A DNA stretch of 63,495 nucleotides, the filler included, from Conidiobolus incongruus B7586 (lineage: Eukaryota): NCBI GenBank assembly GCA_000697335.1. It is 15 parts of 15 records of this genome, joined end to end, with 100 filler letters (N's around TTAATTAATTAA, not from the genome) between each part and the next. Parts side by side here need not be neighbours in the genome. Positions count along the whole stretch, not along the records: positions 12,195 to 14,241 come from JNEM01000018.1; positions 14,342 to 15,743 come from JNEM01000027.1; positions 15,844 to 17,890 come from JNEM01000033.1; positions 17,991 to 20,039 come from JNEM01000034.1; positions 20,140 to 23,804 come from JNEM01000035.1; positions 23,905 to 25,834 come from JNEM01000037.1; positions 25,935 to 27,981 come from JNEM01000039.1; 8 more parts are not named here. The stretch is one strand, 5' to 3'. Below are positions 12,381 through 26,713 of the stretch, in pieces (the stretch's first letter is position 1; each line of letters begins with the position of its first letter). Position numbers and translations under genes: made by a program. The notes under the pieces are model-generated. The model was not told the origin of the DNA. It did no database searches and was given only the letters and a program-made list of their open reading frames with translations.

Positions 12381-14399
12381 GAATTTTACTATAATTTTGT
12401 AGATTTCTATCTAAAATTGATCTACCTATTAAAGTTTATTTTGAAAATTAGTTATATGTTGAAAATATATTTTAACTGTTTATAACTATTGATACTATCC
12501 ATAGTAAAATAGATTTCTAAATGAAAATTTAATGCCATTCAAATATATACAAATATAATCAACTAAAAGCATTTTATGAATATTTCTACCAGAATAACAC
12601 TGTTTCCATATTTCCATATTTGATATTAATAAATACTAAAATATGAACAAAATGGTTAATACTCAAATTATTTTTTATTATACTTTTTCAAATATTAATT
12701 ATATTAAGTTATTTATTTCATATAATTACTGATTTTTATAGATACTATAATTTATCTGTTTTAATATATTATAGTTATTACATATCCAATATCTTGTAAA
12801 AGCTATTTTAGATTGATCGTGTAAAATTACAGATATACAGCCTTCATTTTATTCTTCATTAAATATTAAAATATAGGTAATTAATTTAAATTTTCTATTA
12901 AGTATATCAATGTTTGTATTTGCTATATAAAATATTCTTCAAGTCAATATATGTATATATATTAATTTATTTGTTGAACCAATTTAACACTTGATTTATT
13001 TAGAATTTTATAGTTTTTTAACTCATTCTTTATTTTAACCCCACTATTATTTTTCATCACTTTTTGAAAAATATTAATATTTATTACAGAATTCTAAAAC
13101 TTTTTCATCCACAATGTATATTGAACAATATTTAAAATAATTAGTTCATATTACATGTAATTTGAATCAAATTATTAGTTGATTATAAGTTTATAATTGG
13201 CAATATCATTAAATTAACGATATTTATATTTTTAGTTATATTGATTTTGTATTTATTCACATCGTATGATATGTCATTTTATGTTATTATAAGGGTCATA
13301 AACTTAAATTATTTAGTTATAGATATTTAGGCATTATTAAATCAAATAATTATAAAATTAGTGTATAATAATGTAATAATCGGGATTAATAGGCTATTCA
13401 GTAATTAATGATGGATATTTGGCGATATTTCACATAATTTGTTGTAATTTTATGAATTGTTATATTTATATTAGATTTTGACTTATAATAAATGATCGAT
13501 TTAACTTATGAGCAGTAGTTTTTCATCAATTCTACAAATAATAAAGAGGTAAACTATTTATAATCGATAGTAACTATATTAAATTTGACTATAGTTCGTA
13601 TTTATATTATCAAAATACATATCAATTTTTTCAAATTTGATGATTTCATTTTGAGCTTTTAAATATGGAGATCATCAACACATCCATTCAACATTCCTTG
13701 TAACCCAAATGACCAATCATATTAGATTAAAATCTTTCTTCTCTTATTCATCCATTCAACATTTCCACATTTGATCATTTACCAATAGCAAAATCTTGAG
13801 ATAAACTTGAATAAAATAATATTTTATTACTAATATTCTTGGTATTTTAAGATAAAATAACAAGAATTATTATTATTATATATATATTAGTTATAAATAT
13901 TTAACGATTTGCATTATGGTTTTATTCTTTTATATAACCCCTAAAATTCTTAGTTTGAAAGCGCATTTAATGCCATTGGTTCTTTGGGCTCCATTGTAGA
14001 ATCTTAGCGAATCGACAGAGAAAATCCCTCATATTACAAAAATAGAAATTAAATAGAAAAGTTGACAATTGAAGTTTGATTTTCATTGGCGCATATTTTG
14101 CTCATCTTAATGGAGATTGGGAAATTGAGATTAACTAATTTTACAAAGCTTTCTAGAAGGTTATCAAAATGGAAATTGAATCATGAAATTAATAATTATT
14201 TGGTACTGAGAGAGATTTTGGCTATCAATTTGTTTCTTTTCNNNNNNNNNNNNNNNNNNNNNNNNNNNNNNNNNNNNNNNNNNNNTTAATTAATTAANNN
14301 NNNNNNNNNNNNNNNNNNNNNNNNNNNNNNNNNNNNNNNNNTATAATTAAAATTAGAATACCTTAATAATTTTTTAATTAAATTAAAAAAATATTTATT

Positions 14400-14845
14400 A
14401 ATATATTATTTTATTATTTTATTCTTTTAATAATTAAAGAAATAATATTTAAAATTAATATTTTAAATTTTAATAAGTTTTTATTAATTTTTTAAATTTT
14501 AAAATATTTTACTTAATAAATAGTTGATTTAAATAAAATATCATTTTTAAAAGCTTTTTATAAATTTTAAATAATTTTTAAAAAGCATATGGTTAAGTTT
14601 TGCTAATATTAAAATAAAAGACTTTTGGTGATTATTATTTAATTTAAATATTATTAAATTATATAATAAATTTTTAAAAGTTAATTTTTTAATGAAAAGA
14701 ACATTATATATATATATATAGTTTAAAGTTATTTATTTTCTTATTTATTCTGATTATATTTTTTTCTGAAACTAATAATATATTTAGAAAATCAAAAATT
14801 AAAAAATTTACCATTTTTTTAATTTTGTGGTAATAATACTAAATA
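14400..14845 (+). repeat. Dispersed degenerate AT-rich repeat, longest copy
   Basis: Left part matches 3560-3860 (inverted) and right part matches 12195-12380, by eye. Confidence 0.55.
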
Positions 14846-15843
14846 AGCCATTTTGCTTTAATTTTTACATTTTATTTTAATATTTAATGAGTTAAATATG
14901 AAGATAATATTCTAGTAATTATTTATAATAAAACCTATATTAGTTTAATAAGCTAATAATTTTTAGTTGAGTAAGCTCAAATTTAACAATATCAATGATA
15001 AATAAAAAATAAAACAAAATAATATTAAAATATGTTATATAATCTATTGTTTTAATATTATTAATAAAATGACAAACATTTTCCTAGCCCATGTTAAGTG
15101 ATAAGCTTTTAAATATCAGCATAGCATTCTCAAACCTTTGTTAGAAATTAGTATTATTCAGTATAAAATGATATATTTTGTCAAATTTTAAAAATAAAAA
15201 GATTTTTTAATATTTTTTCTATATAATTACATTCTATATTTTGTTTCACAATATTTAAATCAACATATCTTTGAACTATTATAAAATAGAATATTACTAA
15301 TTATTATTGACATTATTTAATATCATGAATTTGCCAATTCAGAACTCAATTCTATCATGTATTATATAAATGAATAAAAAACAGTTATAATTTAGACAAA
15401 AAATTTTGTTTACAATATTCAATTTGTCTATCTCATAATAAAATCATATACTACTTAGATATTTAAAATGAAAAATGTCTCTGATGAATAGAGAAAATAG
15501 GATGAGAAATTAAACACTACAGATTATTGGGATACAATATGAATATAATACATATTATAAATGTATCGAATTTTATGACTGGGTAATAATTATTTTAATC
15601 GACACAAATCATTGTAATAATTATGTATCTATAACACTTAATTCATATTGATATTAATAAAATTGAAAATTTAATTAAAGTATTGAACATTATGGAAAGA
15701 GTAATTAAATTCAAGTACAGCTTTAATTATATAAATTTATAATNNNNNNNNNNNNNNNNNNNNNNNNNNNNNNNNNNNNNNNNNNNNTTAATTAATTAAN
15801 NNNNNNNNNNNNNNNNNNNNNNNNNNNNNNNNNNNNNNNNNNN

Positions 15844-16647
15844 GAATCTACTGTGGAGTTAGTCATATAAATATAAGATGCGAGATGGATTTACTCTGGT
15901 TTTTTGTCAAAGTCAAAATCCAGGACATTTCCAGTGATGACGTTGATATTACTGAGGCCCTTTTGGTTAGCTACTTCCATAATGTGAATTTTTTGGGTTG
16001 ATGAGTTGGATAGGCATGTGACTTGAGAATTAGGATATTTCTATATAATAATAAAATATATCATTATTAAAATATATTGGATGTAAATTACCTCAGCCAA
16101 AAACAGTCCCAAACTGCCCCAACCACATCCCAAGTCCAATAACTTCATACCATCTTCCAATTCAGCGCGTTCGCAATACAATTCCATCATTCTTTCTTCA
16201 GCCTGATCCAATGTTATATTAGCTATTAATTATATGATAAAATATTAATTGATAAATATTAATAGTATAAAATAAATTACGTTGATCAAATAAGCAACCC
16301 GAATATTTCATTCTTTGGCCTAAGGTCAATTTCATAAATTCTGTAGGCACCTAAAATATTCAAAGTTAACCTAATATAAAAACTAATCCAATCCAAAATA
16401 CCTCATAATGCTGTTCATTAGCCTTATCAGTATGAATAGCTACTGGACTTTCTTGCAACTTCCTAACAAATTTCATCTTTCTCAACTGAGTGTTCTCCAA
16501 AGTAGTTCTCGAAATGTTTTGCAAACGCTTGTTCAAAAGTGCTCTAATACCATAACGTAATATTGAATCGGGTATATAGCCCCTATCGATAAAGATTTCG
16601 TACCATTCGGATCTCTGATCACTGTTGCTGGGCTGAATGTCTGTCAT
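15844..16647 (-). CDS. SAM-dependent methyltransferase, (S)-coclaurine N-methyltransferase-like / CMAS family; 3' part lost in gap
   Basis: Spliced: ...[16 protein letters not shown]...[35 protein letters not shown]...[57 protein letters not shown]... Confidence 0.92.
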
Positions 16648-18390
16648 ATTTGTTGGAAGTAGTTAATTATTAACAAAAAAAATTGTAAAAAAAAATTTGA
16701 ATTTGGGTATTAAGGGGTATTTATAATATATTGAGGTAATGAATCATTGATTTCGTCACTGGTTTTTTAAAATGCTTGTTTCAATTTATAAACTATTTAT
16801 TACGGTGGAAATTGAACCAATTAAAATGATTAAATTTATGTCGTTTAAATTGATAATTTTTAAATAATTTTAATCAAAATTATTTAAAAATTTAAACTAC
16901 GAATTGATATCAAGAATGAATTTTTGGTATTATTATTATCAAATTATTATAATAGGATAGTATTCTATAATATTGTATTATATATTTTTCTTATAGATAA
17001 ATTTATAATCTCAATCTATTGATTTAATGTGATATCTTTATTGATAAAGCTTATATAATCAATCCAGATGTATCTGAAAGATATTTACATTGGCCCTTAT
17101 TATCACTCAATAATGAAATGAAAAATTATAATTATATACTTAATCAACTATGAAATTCTAGCTATAATACAAATACTTGACTATATTTTGAAAATTATGA
17201 TTTATTCTCAATAACAATCTTTAAAGAATGATTTCAATCTACCAATAAAAATCCATAATTTTGAATTTTGTACTTTAGTTTGATAATATGATAATGATAA
17301 AAGATATATGTTATAAAATGTAAAAACAATCTACTTTACTAAAGCTAAAAAATTGATGAATAGTTTAATCAACATATTGAATTAATTTTACCATCATTTT
17401 TCAACAAGATAATATTAATAACAAAGGAAATTATAAGAATTGATTTGAAATTAGCGTAATATTGAGGCAATGATTAAAAACAATTTTTTTATTCATATAT
17501 CAAAATTGTAGCTGTAAATTTGAAAATGGTCTTGGGAGCTTTAATTGATTTTTTGGAAATAGCGAGCTGATTCATATTGGTTATTTTATTTAATCATTTT
17601 ATTTGAGTGATCTTCCTAGGGATCTATAATAAATGAAAAACTTGAATGGTTGGATATTATTCAATAAACTTCAACTCATATTTTTCTATTATTTTGTATT
17701 TAAGTTACTTGATAAGTTAAAAAACAGAAAAGCTAATTTTTAAATAGTAAAATAATATCAATCCAACTGAATTTGAATTACTTTTAGAGTCAATTATTAT
17801 TGATATTCATTTTTATTTTTACCCATTTTAATGAAATATAAATCCAAACATTGAGTTCAACTTATATCTTCAGGTTAATATTGACTGTTTNNNNNNNNNN
17901 NNNNNNNNNNNNNNNNNNNNNNNNNNNNNNNNNNTTAATTAATTAANNNNNNNNNNNNNNNNNNNNNNNNNNNNNNNNNNNNNNNNNNNNGTATATTATT
18001 TTCATTTTATCATTAAGACAAATTAAAACAAAAAATTCATATTAAATTTATAATTAAATATAATATAAATAAATTAAATATTTGCTTAAAATTATTAATT
18101 AAATATATATATATATATAATCTTGACAAGAATGCCATTTTATTTTTTAGCATATCAAAATACAACAATAGATTTTAGAATTAATATACTCTACAGTGAT
18201 CACCAATGGATTGGTTAAAAGAGGTTTACACTCAAGTTAGTCAACTGCAAGATGTGGTAATTATTAAATATTTACCAAATTTAAATTAGACTCTGGTATT
18301 TCGATTATTATTTAAGTTAAATTTATTATATTATTAGTTTAATACTACCAGGCGAATATTAATTCATAATATTAATACTTGATTTATAGA

Positions 18391-19371
18391 TTAGCATTTA
18401 GTATTCATATTTAAATTCCAGTACTTGAAGTGAGCGCTAGTGGTGGGAAGGAAGTGGTCGCTGATACATTTGGAATCCTCTTCATAAATTGAGCATTGAA
18501 CGGTTTTTCCACTCCTATTAATATGCATGTTGTATTGGTTATGTCCGTATCCTAATGTAATTCCTGGAGAGATGGCTACAATATCGGAGTAGGATGTCAC
18601 TCTGGTATATGTCCAGGGCTTGGAGTTCAAATACTTGGCAAATTCGGGATTGCCGAGTCGGGGTTGGCCGTAGGTAATGACATTGATATGTTCCCAGGGC
18701 AGTAGTTGGTTTTGAGCTAATTTGAATGCGATTAATCCAGCTAATGCGCCACCCAAGCTGTGGCCAGTGAACACAATCTTGAAGTCGGGATTGTTGATCA
18801 AGGCTTCATTCAAAGCATCTCTAGCAGGTGCATACAAAGCATCAGCCATGTGGTTGAAACCATTGTGAATTTCAGCATTCTGGTAAGGTTCCTGGAGATT
18901 TGCAGAGATAAAAAATATATTGATATTGAATAACCAATTCACAAGTTTTTGGGAACCTCTAAAACTCAAGACAATTAATTTTTCAAGCGGATCAACAGCT
19001 AAGAACCCAGCAGTATTTGTAGAGTCGTCTTTAAAGTAGACAACGTTACTAGCATTGGCAGTATATCCATCACAATTGGAGCATGTCCAAGAAGTCACAG
19101 CTTGCTCCTGGCAGTACGAAGCTCCAGCATATTTGATAAAATTCCTAGCCTCTTGCTCAGTTCCAATTTTAGCTACTGGAGCAATTCTAGGAGCAAGAGA
19201 AAATTCGAGTACTGGAGCAGATCTCGCCACTCCATTTTGATTCAATTCCAAATGCTTTTGAATTAATTCGTCCACGCTTTGAACTAATTCGGCATTTTCA
19301 GTTATGTTTACACTATGGGGAATGGATTTGCCCAGGACTATGGATAAAGTTAATAGATTCAATAACTTCAT
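18391..19371 (-). CDS. Secreted class 3 (Rhizomucor-type) triacylglycerol lipase, intronless
   Basis: Signal peptide and pro-region, AGASYC, SFRGS oxyanion motif, IHNGF, TGHSLGGA nucleophile, TYGQPRLGN, Asp in DIV, C-terminal His in SAHFKYW. Confidence 0.95.
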   Translation of the reverse strand: MKLLNLLTLSIVLGKSIPHSVNITENAELVQSVDELIQKHLELNQNGVARSAPVLEFSLAPRIAPVAKIGTEQEARNFIKYAGASYCQEQAVTSWTCSNCDGYTANASNVVYFKDDSTNTAGFLAVDPLEKLIVLSFRGSQKLVNWLFNINIFFISANLQEPYQNAEIHNGFNHMADALYAPARDALNEALINNPDFKIVFTGHSLGGALAGLIAFKLAQNQLLPWEHINVITYGQPRLGNPEFAKYLNSKPWTYTRVTSYSDIVAISPGITLGYGHNQYNMHINRSGKTVQCSIYEEDSKCISDHFLPTTSAHFKYWNLNMNTKC

Positions 19372-19430
19372 GATATTAAATATTTTAATTATTTAAATTT
19401 ATATTTTATCATTGAAATATCAACGTCAGT

Positions 19431-19457
19431 TATATATATATATATATATATATATAT
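19431..19457. repeat. (TA)13 microsatellite about 60 bp upstream of the lipase start
   Basis: Read directly. Other TA tracts lie near 3890-3913, 42203-42250 and 46196-46221. Confidence 0.9.
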
Positions 19458-20139
19458 TTAATCAAAATCACATACACATCTTTGGATATTCGGCATTTAA
19501 CTTTTTGATACTCGAAATTCTCAATAGGTAATGGGATTTTATTTAGATGTTCCAAGGATTCTCTAGAAAATGGATGCAATGATTAATGACTATTAGTTTG
19601 AAGTCAATTTCGTCATCCTCATCTACTACTTTGATCCAATCCCATAGCCATATCCATATCAAATTAATCAGTTTTCGAATTGACAACTGATAACCAAAAT
19701 GAGGTATCAAGTGGATCTCATATTATTCAATTAATCCGGATTGCAACAAGCACTTATTGAACGATCTCCATTCCACGCGACCATTAGTAGTGAAATTTTT
19801 GGCATTGGAGTATTTTCTATGGTTAATAGGACATTTTTGTTTTCTGGTTTGATAGGCTGGAAATTTGAAAGTGACTTGAATGGAGTAATATTAACTTTAC
19901 CGATGCTGTTATTCGGATTAATTTTGTCGTTAAGTTGGTGGATTTGCTGTAAATTGAATATTCAAAATAAGTGTGATTATTTTGAAGTTTGACTGTATTC
20001 AAGTTCTAGCTCTTTGAATATAATAGCAACAAACATTTCNNNNNNNNNNNNNNNNNNNNNNNNNNNNNNNNNNNNNNNNNNNNTTAATTAATTAANNNNN
20101 NNNNNNNNNNNNNNNNNNNNNNNNNNNNNNNNNNNNNNN

Positions 20140-22391
20140 GGTTTAACCAAGAGTGCAGAACCAACCATATGATGATCATCAATATTATAGGTAGTTTCGT
20201 CATTAGGAAATTCCAAGAACAAAGGACGCATAGGAGGGATACCGGTATTGGTAGCTTCAAAGAATAAGGTATACCAATAGGGTAACAAGGCATATCTTGA
20301 TCTGATAGCATGACGAACCATTGGAATGTGATCTTCTTGAAGTAACCAAGGCTCTCTTCTCTTAGTATCGATATGAGCATGAGCTCTGAAGAAAGGTTGG
20401 AAAGCACCAGCTTGATACCAACGAACCATTAAGTCGCTACTGGGATCACCAAAGAATCCGCCTACATCAGCACCACTGAATCCAATACCACCCAAACCTA
20501 AGCTTAATAACATGGGAACTGAGGCTTGTAAATGTCCCCAATTAGCTGCATTATCACCAGTCCAAACAGCACCATATCTTTGAGTACCAGGGAAGAATGC
20601 ACGACTAAGAACAAATGGGCGTCTATTAGGGCTTTGGCGCTTGATTTGACCAACAGCAGTAGAACGATGCACCAAAGATCCAAAAAGATTGTGGATTTCT
20701 CTATGTTCAAGAGTTCCATTGCTATGTAAAACATGCTTGTGCATGGTGATTTCAGGTCCGTTGAACACAGAAGGTTCATTCATGTCATTCCATGTGTATA
20801 GATATTTCGTTGATTTATCATATTTATCAAATCGGAATTGTTCAGACCACCAATCACAAACCTCATCCCTAGTGTAGTCCAACCAACTGGAGCTACCGGG
20901 CCAACACCATCCATCGAAATCAGATTTGTGTTCATTTTGAACAAAGTAACCCTTTTCCGTAGCCTCTGTATAGATTTTGTACCCATCCTCTCGCTTGATG
21001 TGGGGATCAACAATGGTAACCATTTTGCGACCCAATTCTCCAAGAGTGTTTTGCATCGATACAGGATCAGGGAATTTGACAAGATCCCATGTAAAGTATT
21101 TCTTACCATCGGTGTGCTCGATATCTAACCATAAAACATCGTACGGAATATCATATTCATCGAATTTCTTATTGACAGTTAACACATCTTCCTGATCGAT
21201 ATAATTCCATCTACACTGGTGATAGGAAATAGAGAAAGAAGGAGGAAGAGCAACGGTTCCGGTGAGTCGAGTGTATTGAGTGACAATGTCCTTTGGTTGG
21301 TTACCCAAGAAAACAAATAAGTCAACAATACCAGATTCACTAATCCAATGAGTTTGAACTCCATTTTTAGGCTTTTGGATGTCAACCCACATCTCTGCAC
21401 TGTTCATCCAGAAAACACCAGCTGCAAGATTTGGATTGTGTCCTAAAGCGAATGGAATGGCACCATATAAGGCCATTGGAGAGTCTAATTCGTATTCAAA
21501 AACATCCAAGTTGTAGAGACGGTAAGGTTCGTCGTAGTTCCCTTCTGATCCATCGGTGGATTTAAGACTGAGTGAGCTTGCATGTTCTGGAAGGCCATAA
21601 ACATGTTCAATACTGTGAAAAGATACATCAAGTCCAATAGAAGAGGGACCATTGGGTTTTAAATCTCTATGACCGTTAAATGTTTCTTCCCAAAGGTTTT
21701 GTTCTAATTCAGAATTATTGGAATCATTACCTTCATCAGAATCCGATTTATCTTGAGCTTCTTGTTTTTCGCGATAATGTTCAAAATTGAATAAATTCTG
21801 GTCATTAAAGCTTAATACAAGTGTATTTCCTTTATAAAATTGTAATCTGAAAGGATCGTAACTGATTTTAACTTGTAACTTAAGATCTGGAGAATAAGAG
21901 ATGATGTAACCTTGAGAGCCGTCAGCTTTAGCTTGAAGATTATCAGAAGACTGAGCTTTAGGTTGGCTTGCTAAAACATGGCGCTCTAAATCTTGAAATC
22001 TGGTTTTAATAGGATTATGCTCATCAATTATCACTCTAAAAGAATCGCCTTCTAAAGGAGTTAATTTCAATTTGAAAAGAGCGTCATTGTTTTTGTTTCT
22101 GATTTGAGCTTCAAAAGTTCCTTCATTTTTCCATTGAACTGTATCTTTAAGAATAGCATAAGGGGATTTGATCTTTTTTTCACGAATAGATTTAGCTAAT
22201 TCACGGTTACGTTTACAAAAGCCAGAATTATCACAACGTTTAAAATCATCTTTCTTAACAGCTTCAGCTATTGAGAGAGATAAAGTTATCAATAATAGGA
22301 AATAAATAAGTTTCCTAGTGAAAGAAACGCTTTTACTAGTCATCTTACTAAATTGAGGCTCGCCTTGTTTAAGTGCAGCCAAAGCTTCCAT
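20140..22391 (-). CDS. GLS2: Glucosidase II alpha subunit (GH31, ER neutral alpha-glucosidase); 3' end lost in gap
   Basis: Signal/TM then VKKDDFKRCDNSGFCKRNR, YRLYNLDVFEY, HQCRWNY, WLDIEHTDGKKYFTWD, catalytic WNDMNEPSVFNGPE, WTGDN, FFRAHAHIDTKRREPW. Confidence 0.97.
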
Positions 22392-22542
22392 TTTAGTATT
22401 AGAATTGCTTAGTTTTATTCAATTTTATGAGTTGGATTTGAAGGATATTCAATTAAAAGAATATAAAAAACTGAATCAAAAATTAAAATAAAGAATATTC
22501 AACAAAAATTAATTTAAATTCAATTAATTCAATATGATTGAA

Positions 22543-22549
22543 CCACGTA
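22543..22549 (-). promoter_or_regulatory. Candidate UPR element (TACGTGG) about 150 bp upstream of glucosidase II
   Basis: ccacgta on the + strand. Resembles Hac1/XBP1-type UPRE cores and sits upstream of an ER quality-control gene. Motif is short. Confidence 0.3.
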
Positions 22550-25500
22550 ATCAATCTCAATTTATTTTCCCAATTTAAACCAGTCCAAATTTGATATATA
22601 TGATGTCACTTTTAAATTATATAAAATGAAATATTTACCTGAAATTCTTTGAAAATTGCTTTTTATTCAAAGATTGTGTGTAATATACAAAACATAATAT
22701 ACATAAAAAGCATTATATAACAGCTAATTATCAATTTAGTTTAATATCTTGATAATAAATGTATACAATATGTAAATATAGTACATAAATATGCGTCAAT
22801 ATTGAATACTTTTTTTAGATTAATTCAACTATATATTTATATTTATTTTAAATAATTTTTATATAGATTTATAATGAAACTTATATCCAATAATTATATA
22901 CGTTTTGACAGTTTAGTTCAATGCTTTTACAAGTTATCTCAGTTTAATTTACTTGAGATTAGTTACAATGAACCATTAATTATGTTCAAATTGCATTAGT
23001 AACTTGACATTTATTTCAATATTTGTATTTATCAAATTACTTATTTTAATATATAATATTCTTATAGATAACTTTATTCATATTATTAAAAATATTTTAT
23101 GGCTTAATAATATATGTCTAGGTAGCTAAAATAAATTAATTTATTTATATTTTCAACTTAAATTTTTATTTTTTATAATTATTAAAGATATTATCCATGT
23201 TTTGATTTTTTTATTTTGATATATAATTTTCAAAATTATAAAATCCAGTTTTATTTTGCATATATTTTAAATATTTATAACTATATTATATCTATAATTT
23301 GAAATTACCTTATTATTATATCAAATATTTAAAATAATTAATAAGATAAGAGTTATCATAATTAAATTTTTCAAGGTATAGTTTTTATTAATTTAAAAAG
23401 AAAAAATAAAAAATTAATTTCTATTATCATTTTTTACTTATTGATAAATTAAAAAATATATTAACAAATATTTACTTATTTTAACTAATGATTTATTTAA
23501 ATAATTCAATATTAATTATATAAATATAAAATATTTTATAGTTTAAAGATGGATTAATTATATAATATATATTAGATATTTTATAATATTATCAGAACCT
23601 AAAAAAAATTAAAATAAATATTATTAAGTAAAATTTATTAATATATAGTTAAAAACAAATATTATTATAATAATTCATCATAATTAAAATATTTGAAACT
23701 ATTTTATCAAATTTTTTACAAATAAATAGAATATTAAATAAAAATAATCTAATCAATATCTATAATTTATATATTCAAAATAATTATTATTCTTTATAAT
23801 AAATNNNNNNNNNNNNNNNNNNNNNNNNNNNNNNNNNNNNNNNNNNNNTTAATTAATTAANNNNNNNNNNNNNNNNNNNNNNNNNNNNNNNNNNNNNNNN
23901 NNNNATATATAAGTAAATTTTTTAAAAAGGGATTTAGGTATAATTATATTGATAGAGAAAATTTAATATATCTATAAAATATTATATAAAATAATAATAA
24001 AAAAAGAAAAAAGATATAGTTATATATTGTTAAATATATCCCCTTATCTCAAAAACCCATAAATTTATGACTTATCTTAATTAAATATTAAGGGCTAATA
24101 TTTTTGCTAATAGTTTACTAAATATATCTAAATATATTTATTTATTGTCAAATAATATACCAAATTATATATTATAGTTTTAGGTAATTTGATATTTAGA
24201 ATTGTTTTAGTTATTAATGAAAATATATATATTTTTGATTTTATGATTTTTTTATAGGTTAGTATATAATTAAAGTGATTATAATTTTTTTAGTAATTAA
24301 AAAATATATTTATAAAAGAATAATCTCTGTCAATAATTTATATTAGTTTATAAAATATCAAATTTCAGTTTTTTATAAAAACCTATTCTTTCAATATTAA
24401 TTACTTATCAAAAATATAAAATTATTATATTAATAACAAAAAGAAAATTAATTCTATATTTTATGTTAATATCTTTGAATCAGATATTAATAGTTTTATT
24501 TGATTATAATTATAAAGTTTTTTAATATTGAATTTCTATATTATTAAATTAATATTATAAATAATTTATATAGTTTCATTTTTGATTATTATTTAAAAAT
24601 AAAAAATAATTTTTAAATAACAAATGAATAACTAATATAGATAATATAATGTTTGGTTTTAATAATAAAAACTATATTTTGAATTATTGGATATTTTAGG
24701 TAATTTTTGATAAATTATTTATAATCAGTTTAAAGAAATATAGTTAAAAAGTTATATGACAAATTTAGACCAAATTTGGCCTATAAATATCAGGGATTTT
24801 GATTATAACATATTACTGATTTTGATTTTTATATATTAATAAAATATTCTATATTATTCTAATCCTATAATATTTATTATAATTAAAGTTTGAACTTATC
24901 CATTTTTAATATTTAAATAGTTATTAAATTCCCAACTTAATTTTTTTATAAATTAAATTGATTGAATTTATTATAGTTAGGTATAATACAAATATATTCA
25001 AAATAAAATTATATCTTTATAATAATATTGTTAGTTTATAGCTATTATTAGAGAAAAATTTAAAAATTTATATTATATTTAATAATATCTGAATATATAT
25101 TCTCAAAGAATAAATAAATCTTTTTCAAATTTGAGATATTAAATAATGTTAATAATATTAATAATTTGATATTAAACTGTTGTACATTTTGTATAAAAAT
25201 TAAAAATCAATTGTTTAAATAATTTATTTTGAAATAATATTAGAAAATTGAATTTAAAATTATATCTTTAATTTGATAAAGACTAGCTATAAAAAATATC
25301 AATATATTGATTTTTTAAGTTTGATGGAATTGAAAAAATAAAGCAATAACTCTTGTTTTATAAATTACAAAGAATATAACCAGCCTTCCTGGTAAATTAC
25401 AATTGTCATAATGATCCACAAGTCAGATTCATCTATATTTATGCTCATAAAAGCATAAAAACAGCTTTTGAATACCTGTTAATATTGATTAATAACCAAT

Positions 25501-25956
25501 GGTAATAAAAATTAGACATAAATTATTAGTTGCATTATTAACCAAAATGGAAGGTCTAAACTTATAATAAACACATCAAAACAACCTGCAATAAATTATT
25601 ATAATAAGGGTAAACAAATTGAACTAATGTTTATTTGATATTCCAATGATAGATTTTGTAAAATAAATAATAAATTTATAAAGGGATAATGGAGATATTT
25701 TAAAAATGGTATAAATAAAATAAAACATTGAAGATTTTAATGAATTATAATGAATTTATAGTAGCGATGGAGAATAATCCTGTCAATTACTCAAGAAACT
25801 CCAATTACCACAGGATTTGAGAAGTCACATTGGANNNNNNNNNNNNNNNNNNNNNNNNNNNNNNNNNNNNNNNNNNNNTTAATTAATTAANNNNNNNNNN
25901 NNNNNNNNNNNNNNNNNNNNNNNNNNNNNNNNNNATGCGTCAGTAGGAGAATGTAC

Positions 25957-26713
25957 CTGATTTTTTGATCAACTCCATACATCCCATAGGAGTACAGGCA
26001 GAGTGTAAGGGTTTTACATTGCGCTTGGATAAATCACCAATGTTAGTGGGATGGAAACTAGAGTAACAGATCAGTAGAGTTCAAACGTAAAGCTTTCTAG
26101 GATCAAGCATTTGAGAGATTAGGGTTTTAAAGAACAAATCATTGTTCTCAAAAATTAAGATACTAAATTTGTTAGAAGTCACCTACCCATCAACATCTTT
26201 CTCAGGAGCAATAGCATCAGTGACCAATTTTTCATTAAGGTTACCAGGCAAAGGCAATTGAACCAGGAAACCATGGATGGAGGGGTCATTATTCAGGTTC
26301 TTGATAAGCTTCATTAGCTATTTCAAATGTTAATGTTGGTTGTCATCCACTTGACTGTTAATTATGAGGTTACCTCGGTTTGGGAAACATCTTCGGGTAA
26401 GTTATGTTGTTCGAAAGCGATACCAATCTACATTTTCTAGTTAACTAACAATATATTGAAAAAATGTGATATTACTTCTTCAGCAGCTTTCTTCTTTTGC
26501 TTGACATAGAGAGTTGAATCCTCGCGGGTACCGACTTGAACAATAGCGAGTTTAGGCTGGAAACGAGGATATTTATCCTTCCATTGGGTAATGGTCTGCT
26601 TCAAGTTTTCTCTGATTTGTCTAATATTGACAATATCGTGTAAGTTATCAATTTTATTTAGTATTGACTATTACTTACTGAGCAGCCAATTTTCCATCTA
26701 AAATTTGGGCCAT
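25957..26713 (-). CDS. ADE3: C1-tetrahydrofolate synthase / methylene-THF dehydrogenase-cyclohydrolase, 5' five exons; remainder lost in gap
   Basis: Spliced: [20 protein letters not shown]...[69 protein letters not shown]...[16 protein letters not shown]...[12 protein letters not shown]. No mitochondrial presequence. Not present in the ORF track. Confidence 0.93.

Noticed and set aside
13660..14110. GC-richer patch with a 15-bp direct repeat (catccattcaacatt) and faint Rpb12-like words on the minus strand
   Set aside because: No consistent frame or zinc-ribbon cysteines; cannot support a gene call.
4060..19371. Lipid or secondary-metabolite gene cluster (hydrolase, transporter, methyltransferase, lipase)
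   Set aside because: The genes lie on separate contigs joined by artificial linkers, and no backbone synthase is present.
20084..21400. Many short overlapping ORFs within the glucosidase II gene
   Set aside because: Shadow ORFs in alternative frames and strands of a long GC-richer CDS; no motifs.
26058..26186. Longer C1-THF synthase intron as a possible C/D snoRNA host
   Set aside because: The C-box is poor (ATGATTT), the CTGA doubles as the branch point, and I saw no exact rRNA complement. An Infernal/snoscan run would settle it.
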